DNA from: Anaerolineae bacterium
Lineage (GTDB): Bacteria > Chloroflexota > Anaerolineae > SpSt-600
NCBI GenBank assembly: GCA_025062375.1
Contig: JANXAG010000002.1
Location: 2,101-66,100, forward strand
Length of the DNA stretch: 64,000 bases
Direction of reading: 5' to 3'
The notes under the pieces are model-generated. The model saw only the letters and a list, made by a program, of their open reading frames with translations, ran no database searches and was not told the origin of the DNA. Below, in pieces: positions 41,420 through 48,832 of this stretch. A program made the translations under genes and the position numbers. Within the stretch, counting starts at the first letter, position 1. Each line of letters opens with the position of its first letter.

Positions 41420-41776
41420 GTGGAGATGGAAGAGCTTCTGGACCGTTATACTGCGAGGATTCTGGCTGGCGACGAGAAAGGAGCAGATGAAATGCTGCGC
41501 CTTTTGCCCGCTGAGTTTGAAGAACTCAAAGAAATTATGGGTCTTGTGAAAGAGCTGAATTTGATTTACAGGCCCCTTAGGCCTTCCCTCAGTTTTCAAA
41601 ATAAACTCTTCAGCCTCATCAGGGCTAAGTTTAAGCCTTCGCCTTTAAAGGTCTTCGCCCAATGGGCTTGCGAGCACAAAAGGGCTCTGGCTATTGGCAC
41701 CGCTCTTGCCGGCTCGGCCTGTTCTCTGGTAGGACTAATTGTCTATTACGTCAAAGTTAAGAAGGCGGCGGCTTAA
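41420..41776 (+). CDS. hypothetical tail-anchored membrane protein (possible anti-sigma-factor-like)
   Basis: 118 aa with a soluble helical N-terminal domain and one C-terminal TM helix IGTALAGSACSLVGLIVYYV. Divergent from acpP. Confidence 0.45.
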   Translation: MEMEELLDRYTARILAGDEKGADEMLRLLPAEFEELKEIMGLVKELNLIYRPLRPSLSFQNKLFSLIRAKFKPSPLKVFAQWACEHKRALAIGTALAGSACSLVGLIVYYVKVKKAAA

Positions 41777-42314
41777 CTTCTGCCCATCTGGTGTAAAGCT
41801 TGTGCTCAATCCCTAAAACATCCAACACTTTTCCCACAATAAAATTGGTTATATCATCCACTGAGCGAGGCTTATGGTAATAGGCCACCATGGCGGGGAG
41901 AATTATACCCCCAGCTTGTTTTACCTTTCGCATGTTATCAATATCCATGAGTGAAAGGGGCGTTTCCCTTGGGACCAGGATAAGAGGCTTTCCCAATCTG
42001 AGAGCGTTCTCGGCTGCTCTTGTAATGAGATTGCTGGCATAGCCGTGAGCTATAGCTGCGAGGGTTTTCATGGAGCAGGGTATTACCACCATCGCATCTA
42101 TGAGGAAAGAAGAGCTGGCCAGGGGGGAGGAAAAATCATCCTCTTCGTAGGAATACGAGCAAGGGAGATAGACATTTTCCCCTAATTCCAGTCTTATAAC
42201 CTCTCTGGCGATTTTGGAAACTATAAGGTGGACCTCATGGTCTGAGAGATTTTCGAGCAATCTCAGAGCCAGTGGAGCTCCTGAAGCCCCGGTTACACCT
42301 ACCACGATCCGCAA
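41757..42314 (-). CDS. ubiX: flavin prenyltransferase UbiX
   Basis: RIVVGVTGASGA flavoprotein N-terminus with full-length UbiX/Pad1 similarity. TTG start at 42314, 6 nt after GGGAGG. The longer ORF in the track runs into the tRNA-Sec gene and is spurious. Confidence 0.8.
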   Translation of the reverse strand: MRIVVGVTGASGAPLALRLLENLSDHEVHLIVSKIAREVIRLELGENVYLPCSYSYEEDDFSSPLASSSFLIDAMVVIPCSMKTLAAIAHGYASNLITRAAENALRLGKPLILVPRETPLSLMDIDNMRKVKQAGGIILPAMVAYYHKPRSVDDITNFIVGKVLDVLGIEHKLYTRWAEVKPPPS

Positions 42315-42333
42315 GGTTTCCTCCCAATTAAAA

Positions 42334-42431
42334 GGCGGGGATGGATGGGAGTCGAACCCACCGTGGCCGCCTTTATGGCACCCACCTACGGTTTTGAAGA
42401 CCGCGGGGCCCACCGGGGCCCAACCACCCCC
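42334..42431 (-). tRNA. selC: tRNA-Sec (selenocysteine tRNA, anticodon UCA)
   Basis: About 96 nt on the minus strand. 8-bp acceptor stem GGGGGTGG/CCATCCCC, 6-bp D stem GGGCCC/GGGCCC with a 4-nt CGGT loop, anticodon loop CTTCAAA, long variable arm, and T arm GTGGG-TTCGACT-CCCAT. This is the same 8/5 architecture and T-loop as E. coli selC. Confidence 0.75.
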
Positions 42432-42495
42432 GCTTGATTGAAATTATACCCCACCTCTCCAATTGAAGCAAGTGCAAAATCCATTAGAGCCTGCT

Positions 42496-42535
42496 ACTGT
42501 GTTATTGTAAGCGAAGCAATCTCCTGCCTGCACAG
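42496..42535. repeat. copy A of a short intergenic motif ACTGTG...GCGAAGCAATCTCCTG...CACAG
   Basis: Shares the core GCGA(A/G)(G/A)CAAT(C/A)TC(C/T)TG with the elements at 54330-54360 and 54551-54589. Flanked by the CTGTG/CACAG inverted repeat. Confidence 0.3.
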
Positions 42536-42749
42536 CGACCGGAGCCAGAACCCTTATCCCGAAAATCTGGGAGTATCTTCCCAAAACTTCCAAAAGGAAG
42601 CGATCAGCCACCCTTTGCAACCCGCCCACGAGTGGGACCCAAAACCGTGGCAAACCCTATGCCCACGAGGGCGGGGAAAAATCTTGGGGTGGAGGGGGGC
42701 GGAGCCCCTATCCCGGGGGTCTGGGGGTGTCCCCCAAAAATCTTAAACG

Positions 42750-44258
42750 TTAAACAGAGTAAAGAAGATCGAGGTAACGCTTCAGAAGCTCTCTTACCAT
42801 CCCCCGGAAAGGCAGAGAAGCTGCCATACCGTATATAGGGGCGATTTGCCCTTTTTCTAAAGGCTTAGCCTTCACCTCTTCAACAGCCTCTTTCAAGTCT
42901 TCGAGAAACCGCTCAGCCACGCCAGGCAGAGTGTGGCGAAGGGTGATGGCTATATGTACAGCTGGGGGGTTCTGCAACCCGTTTAAGTTCCACCCTTTCT
43001 TCGCCATCTTCTCCATGACACGATAGATATCAAATCCATCCGAAGCAAAAGCTATTATCCACAAAGGGTCGCCCAGCACCTTTAGCCCCGGGATAGATTC
43101 AATACCCTCGCGAATCTTATGGGCTGTTTCCAGAATGCGCCTTGTAGCCTCTATGTAGCCTTTTTCCCCCATTTTGAGCATTACTGCCCAGCAAACAGCT
43201 ATCAATGCTCCAGGGCGACTGCCAGCGATAGAAGGTGAAGCGTAAAGCCCACCGGGCCAGTCCGCAGCTACAAAGTACTGGTAGCGTCGCAGTTCCAGAT
43301 TGCGATACAGAACCACGGAAGTGCCTTTGGCAGCATAACCATACTTATGAGTATCAGCAGAAATGGAAGTGACGCCGGGAAGGCGAAAATCAAAGGGTGT
43401 CACTTTGTAGCCTAACTTCTCAGCCCAGGGAAGGATAAATCCTCCGAGGCAAGCGTCGGTATGGAAACCTATCCCATGTTCAAGGGCAATGCGTGAGAGC
43501 TCCGGTATAGGGTCTATTACTCCATGGGGATAAGAAGGGGCGGAACCAACAATTACCACTGTGTTGCGGTTTACAGCCTTGCGAGCGGCTTCAACATCAG
43601 CCTGGAAGTTTTTATCTACAGGTATACGCACAATTTTGTAGCCAAAGTAATGGGCAGCTTTCTCAAAAGCGGGGTGAGCGGTCACCGGCAGGACCATTTC
43701 AGGCCTGGTGATACCTTTCTTATCGCGCGCCCAATCCCGATATGTTTTCATAGCCATGAGTATACTTTCCGTCCCGCCGGAAGTTACTGTTCCGCACACG
43801 CGAGCGGAAGGGTCCATCCTCTCAGCTTCCTCAGCTCCCAGCATTCTGGCCGTCATGGCCACAATTTCTGCCTCATACTTTATCGTGCTGGGCCAGAGAT
43901 CAGCATGAAGGGGGTTGCTTTGAGAGTTGAGGGCATAGACCCGGCCTATGAAGTCTATGTGCTCTTCGGAGCCGTGGTAAACAGCCCCTGAAACATAGCC
44001 TTCTTTCCAGCGCCACTCCTCTCGGGCATTTAGCCTTTCCATAAGGCTGAAAATCTCCTCCGGACTCAGCCCCTCTTCAGGCAGGCGGGTGAAAGCCGGT
44101 ACATCTCTGTAAGGTTTCAGGGAATCCTCCAGGCTCGCTAAAAGATGTTCGTATTCTCTTTCCACCCGCTTTCTCAGAGCCGGAATTCGTTCCGAAGCCT
44201 TTTCTAAAAGGCGAGCCAAGCTTCTGGGAAGTAATCCGAGAAATTTCAAGGGCTCCAT
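42750..44258 (-). CDS. PLP-dependent group II decarboxylase (sphingosine-1-phosphate lyase / glutamate decarboxylase family)
   Basis: 502 aa with a PLP-lysine motif [10 protein letters not shown] and fold-type I layout. Exact substrate unknown. Confidence 0.7.
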   Translation of the reverse strand: MEPLKFLGLLPRSLARLLEKASERIPALRKRVEREYEHLLASLEDSLKPYRDVPAFTRLPEEGLSPEEIFSLMERLNAREEWRWKEGYVSGAVYHGSEEHIDFIGRVYALNSQSNPLHADLWPSTIKYEAEIVAMTARMLGAEEAERMDPSARVCGTVTSGGTESILMAMKTYRDWARDKKGITRPEMVLPVTAHPAFEKAAHYFGYKIVRIPVDKNFQADVEAARKAVNRNTVVIVGSAPSYPHGVIDPIPELSRIALEHGIGFHTDACLGGFILPWAEKLGYKVTPFDFRLPGVTSISADTHKYGYAAKGTSVVLYRNLELRRYQYFVAADWPGGLYASPSIAGSRPGALIAVCWAVMLKMGEKGYIEATRRILETAHKIREGIESIPGLKVLGDPLWIIAFASDGFDIYRVMEKMAKKGWNLNGLQNPPAVHIAITLRHTLPGVAERFLEDLKEAVEEVKAKPLEKGQIAPIYGMAASLPFRGMVRELLKRYLDLLYSV

Positions 44259-44274
44259 AGTTTCCTCCTATTTC

Positions 44275-45849
44275 TCAAATTGGATTTAGGCGGTGGTAAA
44301 GGGGGCGGTTCCTGCGGTAAAATTCAATAAAAGTTTCAAAAATTTCGGAATAAATCCGCTGATTATCAGGATCAGGCTCAAAAGTTTTCACAACGGTTAC
44401 ATCTCTGGTACAGCTGGTCAGGTCAGACAGGCCAAGGGAGAGGCTTGCCAGGATTCCAAGGCCTCTCAGTCCGGCGGCTGCAGGATCTTTCACCTGGCGG
44501 ATGGGGCGTCCGAGGACGTCGGAAAAAATCTGGCACCATATGGCTGAAGAAGCCCCTCCTCCTATGATGTTAATTTCCCCCAATCTCCTTCCAATAAATC
44601 CTTCCACACAGGAAAGGAGCCACCGCAGGTTAAAGGCAACTCCTTCCATCACTGCTCTCACCATTTCGGCCCGTGTAGTGTTAAGGGAGAGGTTGAAGAA
44701 GCATCCCCGGAGGGAAGGGTCTTCCACTGGTGTGCGTTCCCCATAGAGCCATGGGGCAAAAATAACTCCGCCGCTTCCCGGCGGGGCAGAACTTGCAAGG
44801 TCCTCAAGTTTCTTGTAGGGATTTTCCGGCCAGGAGGCATCCTGCCCAAAGAAAAGGTTGAGAAGGAAAGTCAAGCATGAGCCAGCGCATTCCTGTTCGT
44901 TAGCGATGAAGTATCTTCCGGGTAGAGCTGAAGGCAGGGAACCCATGTTGTGTAACAGGTCCGTTTTCTTAAAGGGTACATGACAGGAAAGCCATGAAGA
45001 AGTTCCGACGTAAATGTGGGGCTCGTAGTCCCGCAGGGCTCCTGAACCCAGTATGGAAGCATGATAGTCGGGGGTGGAGATGACCACCGGGATTCCCGGA
45101 GGGAGCCCCAGTTCTTCAGCGGGGCCAGGCAGAAGAGGCCCGAGGACATGGGTAGTTGGGTAAAGGTCAGGAAGCTTTTCTTCCTCAATGCCCGCCAAAC
45201 GCATAAGTCGCTTGTCATACCGGACTTTCCAGATATTGCGGTTATCGGTTAGCCAGTGAAGGGCTATAGTGGCATAATCGGAAGCTATCTTTCCGGTTAA
45301 TCTAAGGTTGAAGTAGTCCTTGAGCTCAAGGAACTTGTAAGCCGCTCTGTAGATTTCCGGCCGCTCGTTCTTCAGGAAAAGGATATGTCCGATGGGGTCC
45401 TTTCCTGCGTGAGTTGGAATGCCGCCAGTGAGTCTCACCCATATGAAGATTTTATCAAGGCCGTATCCCTGGAGGTTAACAAGGCCCCGGGTTATTTCTC
45501 TCACATATGGAGCCCCTCTGGTATCCATCCACATTATTGTATTCCCGATAGGTTTACCGTCTCTGTCCACAGGAACAGTGGTGGACCATGGAGAAGTTAT
45601 AGCTATGGCGGCGATGCGCTCTGGGGGGAAGGGATATTCTTCCCACAAGCGGCGGATGGTGCTTGAAATCACGGCCCAGCATTCTTCAGGGTTCTGCTCA
45701 GCACCACCTTTCGGCAGGAAATAAAGTGGAGCCGACTTTTCGCTTTTAACCCAAGCTAGGACTTCACCGTAGGGGGTTACGAAACCGGCCTTGCAAGAGG
45801 TTGTTCCACTATCAACGGCAAGGATCAGATATCTGTCCTCCACCATCAT
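44275..45849 (-). CDS. FGGY-family carbohydrate kinase
   Basis: N-terminal LILAVDSGTTSCKAG and C-terminal FGGY domain motifs. AGGAGGG ribosome-binding site. Confidence 0.8.
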   Translation of the reverse strand: MMVEDRYLILAVDSGTTSCKAGFVTPYGEVLAWVKSEKSAPLYFLPKGGAEQNPEECWAVISSTIRRLWEEYPFPPERIAAIAITSPWSTTVPVDRDGKPIGNTIMWMDTRGAPYVREITRGLVNLQGYGLDKIFIWVRLTGGIPTHAGKDPIGHILFLKNERPEIYRAAYKFLELKDYFNLRLTGKIASDYATIALHWLTDNRNIWKVRYDKRLMRLAGIEEEKLPDLYPTTHVLGPLLPGPAEELGLPPGIPVVISTPDYHASILGSGALRDYEPHIYVGTSSWLSCHVPFKKTDLLHNMGSLPSALPGRYFIANEQECAGSCLTFLLNLFFGQDASWPENPYKKLEDLASSAPPGSGGVIFAPWLYGERTPVEDPSLRGCFFNLSLNTTRAEMVRAVMEGVAFNLRWLLSCVEGFIGRRLGEINIIGGGASSAIWCQIFSDVLGRPIRQVKDPAAAGLRGLGILASLSLGLSDLTSCTRDVTVVKTFEPDPDNQRIYSEIFETFIEFYRRNRPLYHRLNPI

Positions 45850-45980
45850 GGTTTCCCTCCTGGCCCCTTTGCCAGCTCTGAACTAAAATTTACCTCCTGC
45901 TTTGGAGGCCTCGTCGTGGCGGTTTCAGGAAAACCTGCTATCTTCTGCGAAGTTCTATTCCTCTCGCCCTTCTCTAAGGG

Positions 45981-46421
45981 CTATTTAGATTTGGAAAATT
46001 TAAGAGGCCTTATGCCGTTGTAGACTTTCCCTGCGGTTAGGATGCGGAGAATACGGTAAGGGTCTCTGGTCCCTATTTTGTCCCCGTATTTTTCAGCCAA
46101 CTCCGCTGCTGAAAGGGGTTCGTTGCGGTTGGTTAAAAATATCCGGAAAACAGCTGTAGTGATGGGTAATTCAGGGCTTATATAATCAGGTTTCTGGCTA
46201 CAGCACGCTACAAGGGTTTCCCAGAGGCCGTTCAATTGCCTTACTTCCGCTGTCTCAGGATCTATCCAATCAATAAAGACGACTTTGTCAAAATCCCTAA
46301 AACGTTCCTTGCATTCCGGACACAACTCCTCGTAAAGGAAGTAGTTGAAATCTTTGCCTTCTTTTTCCCACCAGTCCAGGTCTATATGAAGCTTAGTGTC
46401 AACGCTCACCAACCCTTTCAT
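45981..46421 (-). CDS. hypothetical protein
   Basis: About 147 aa from the ATG at 46421, which follows AGAGG. Contains CPECKERF. It lies 11 nt downstream of the 527-aa hypothetical, so the two probably form an operon. Confidence 0.5.
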   Translation of the reverse strand: MKGLVSVDTKLHIDLDWWEKEGKDFNYFLYEELCPECKERFRDFDKVVFIDWIDPETAEVRQLNGLWETLVACCSQKPDYISPELPITTAVFRIFLTNRNEPLSAAELAEKYGDKIGTRDPYRILRILTAGKVYNGIRPLKFSKSK

Positions 46422-46432
46422 TTTCCCAACCT

Positions 46433-48016
46433 CTAAATTTTGCTTTCGTCGAAGGACCAATAGCCGCTGCCTTTGTATATAAAGCACGGATGGGTGTTCA
46501 GCTCAGCCAGGAGGGGAGCAGGTGGACACCGCTTTATGAAGTTAACCGCCGTGTAGAGAGTTAGGAAGTGGACCGTGCCCTGGGGGCTGAGTTTCAAAAG
46601 TTCGGGGAATATTTGCACCAGGACTTCGTAGAGACTTCTGGCGCTTGCATCCAATTTCCGCTTAATAGCGTCTATTTTCTCCCTGTCCCCATCCACGATC
46701 ATCATGAGCTCATCAAAATCGCAGGTAAGCTGTCTGAGCTGGATTTCAAAGGTGAGGCGTTCATTCTGCACCCGCGCCACTTTTACCCAGTCCTTTTTAA
46801 TACGTCGTGGGGTATATCTCACGATTACCTCTGTAGGCCCCCTGCCTTTAGTGAGGGTTATGTAAGTTCCAGCCATAGCTCCTATCTTTTCGTACCAATC
46901 CTTCAATCCTGCCACGTATTTCCGGGCATGCAGGGCCCAGCCGTAGAACTTCTCCCCTTTTACCCCATCTATAAAGTTTATAAGGGTTACGTCGGATTCG
47001 CCTTCGGGGAAGAAGGGGGCTGTCCTGGGGGTTATGGGCAGAGTGCCTGCCCTTAAATGGTGATAGGGCAAGGCTATGGTGACATTATCTCCCGTTTTTA
47101 CGGACGGCAGGAAAGAGTCCCATTCGGTAGCTTCATCCTCTATTTTCAGGATAATTTCCACCAGTTCACGGGCAAGAGCTTCTTTTTTATAGGGCAGAGG
47201 CAAATAAACGAGTCTTTCGGATTCCTGGGCCACTTCGGGGGGCTCAAAACGCCGCAGGAACCACATGGGCTGGCCTTTAGGCCCTACCTGAGAAAAGCGC
47301 TTATCTTGAGCCATGGCTATATTGAGAGAGAAAATCTGGAGGTTTGTGGGGTATGAGCTGGGAAGTTCCAGGTGCTTGAGGATCTCTGTGGGGCTCAGAG
47401 GCCGCTGAGCTACTTCTATAGCCGCTTCGGCTATGTTGAGGTGGCCTTCATGGATTTCAGGCATAAGAGCTCTCAGGAACCACAAATTGCCAAAGGATAC
47501 GAATTCTTCTTCCGAAGAAAGCTTCCTGGTGATGGCAGAACCTATGACGTGGCCATAGCGTTCAACAAAGGCATTAATATCAATCCCATAGCGAGCAAGC
47601 CAATCCTCCAGGGTTTCCTGGTCAAGCTTGTGGGGCTTTTTTAGAGAGGAGGCGAATTCTTTGACCTCACCACCATCGGAAAATTTGACCTTTATAACTT
47701 CAAATTCTCCGTAATCGGGATTATAGCCAGGCCTTACCCCCAAAACAGTAGCCCTGGCGAAACCGAAGGAGGGGAAGAAAATTTCTTGCCCTGTCTTATA
47801 GGAATTGCTCGGTCTGTAAATTAAACCCTCTTCCTCCAGCTTCGCCAGCTTCTCTTTCTGCTTTTCCCTTGCTCTTTCAACCAAAGCCAGAACAAGCTCT
47901 TCTAAGGGTAAGGGTTTGCCTTTTTCCAGGATAAGCTCGTATAATAGCTCAATATCTTCGTGCTTTAGCTCAAAATCTTCCCATCCGGATTGCTCCAGCA
48001 ACATTAAGCCCTCCAC
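46433..48016 (-). CDS. hypothetical protein (527 aa), no recognised domain
   Basis: Long uninterrupted ORF with protein-like composition. No Walker, nuclease or other enzymatic motif was recognised by eye. Confidence 0.6.
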   Translation of the reverse strand: MEGLMLLEQSGWEDFELKHEDIELLYELILEKGKPLPLEELVLALVERAREKQKEKLAKLEEEGLIYRPSNSYKTGQEIFFPSFGFARATVLGVRPGYNPDYGEFEVIKVKFSDGGEVKEFASSLKKPHKLDQETLEDWLARYGIDINAFVERYGHVIGSAITRKLSSEEEFVSFGNLWFLRALMPEIHEGHLNIAEAAIEVAQRPLSPTEILKHLELPSSYPTNLQIFSLNIAMAQDKRFSQVGPKGQPMWFLRRFEPPEVAQESERLVYLPLPYKKEALARELVEIILKIEDEATEWDSFLPSVKTGDNVTIALPYHHLRAGTLPITPRTAPFFPEGESDVTLINFIDGVKGEKFYGWALHARKYVAGLKDWYEKIGAMAGTYITLTKGRGPTEVIVRYTPRRIKKDWVKVARVQNERLTFEIQLRQLTCDFDELMMIVDGDREKIDAIKRKLDASARSLYEVLVQIFPELLKLSPQGTVHFLTLYTAVNFIKRCPPAPLLAELNTHPCFIYKGSGYWSFDESKI

Positions 48017-48529
48017 AGCCTTTCCGCCTTTTTTCCGACAGAAACCGCTTAATTATACTAATTTTCCAGCCTTAAGGCAACTTCCCGTGGTCCATCACGC
48101 AAAACGTTACCGCACTTTACCTAAGGGCAGGATGGACGTGGAAGATTATCAATACCTGCGCTGGATGAAAAACGAGACCACAAGGCCAACTGTCGGGGGT
48201 GCAGCCCGTAAACGCGGCGTGGCCCTGCCTGGGGCCCTGACAACCGAGTCATTGTCGCCACAGTCGCTCAGGCTCTGCGGATGGCAGGTCACCCTGGTCC
48301 AGCGAAGAGTTAGCCCAGATAATTCCTCTTCCCCGCTCTTCCAGATATGTTAACCTCTGGCGGCGAGACATGCCGATGTTTCGCTACCCGGACAATGGCT
48401 TTGCCTTTTCCGACGCCCACCTGATTCTCTCCACCATGGGTGGCTTGCGTGCAACCTGTTGGGATGCGAACGCCTGGACGCCTGAATTGTATCTATGAGG
48501 GGGTTCCATTGCATTTCAATTTTTCTGGT

Positions 48530-48557
48530 TTGCTCCCTTGTATGAAAATGGTATAAT
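48530..48557 (+). promoter_or_regulatory. sigma-70 promoter of the valS leader
   Basis: TTGCTC, 16-nt spacer, TATAAT, just upstream of the T-box leader. Confidence 0.5.
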
Positions 48558-48565
48558 ATAATAAA

Positions 48566-48806
48566 AGCGACGAACGGGAGGAGTAGGCGGGGGGAGGCGC
48601 CAGAGAGGGAGGGTCGGCGGCTGTAAACCCTCCTCGCTCAAAGCCCGCCGAAGGTCGCCCGGGAGCTGGGGGGATGAAAGGTAAGTAGTCCTTCACGGGG
48701 AAGGGCCCGTTACAGCCCAGAAGTGCCACCTCACCTGAGGGTGGAAGCAAGGTGGTACCGCGGAAGGCTCATGCCCCTTCCGTCCTTGCGGCGGAAGGGG
48801 TTTTTT
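48566..48806 (+). promoter_or_regulatory. T-box riboswitch leader (tRNA-Val sensing) with intrinsic terminator
   Basis: Conserved T-box sequence AGGTGGTACCGCGGAAG at 48749-48765. Terminator hairpin CCCCTTCCG / CGGAAGGGG at 48774-48800 followed by TTTTTT. Stem I contains AGAGA and a possible GUA-A specifier. Sits immediately upstream of valS. Confidence 0.75.
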
Positions 48807-48832
48807 AATAATCGGCTCAAGGAGGGTGAAAG

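Noticed and set aside
41757-42413. Track ORF extending ubiX across the tRNA-Sec gene. The same issue applies to the long N-terminal extensions of tdh (16232), the methyltransferase (22626), pyrC (5488), the MBL hydrolase (17129) and hsp20 (33538).
   Set aside because: The extensions lack homology and ribosome-binding sites, or overlap RNA genes. Internal starts with good Shine-Dalgarno spacing were chosen instead.
48270-48320. GGCAGGTCACCCTGGTCCAGCGAAGAGTTAGCC resembles the SRP RNA helix-8 motif (AGGUCAGGUCCGGAAGGAAGCAGCC).
   Set aside because: The spacing and tetraloop do not fit, and I could not build the expected helix by hand. I left it as part of the unexplained region rather than calling an ffs gene.
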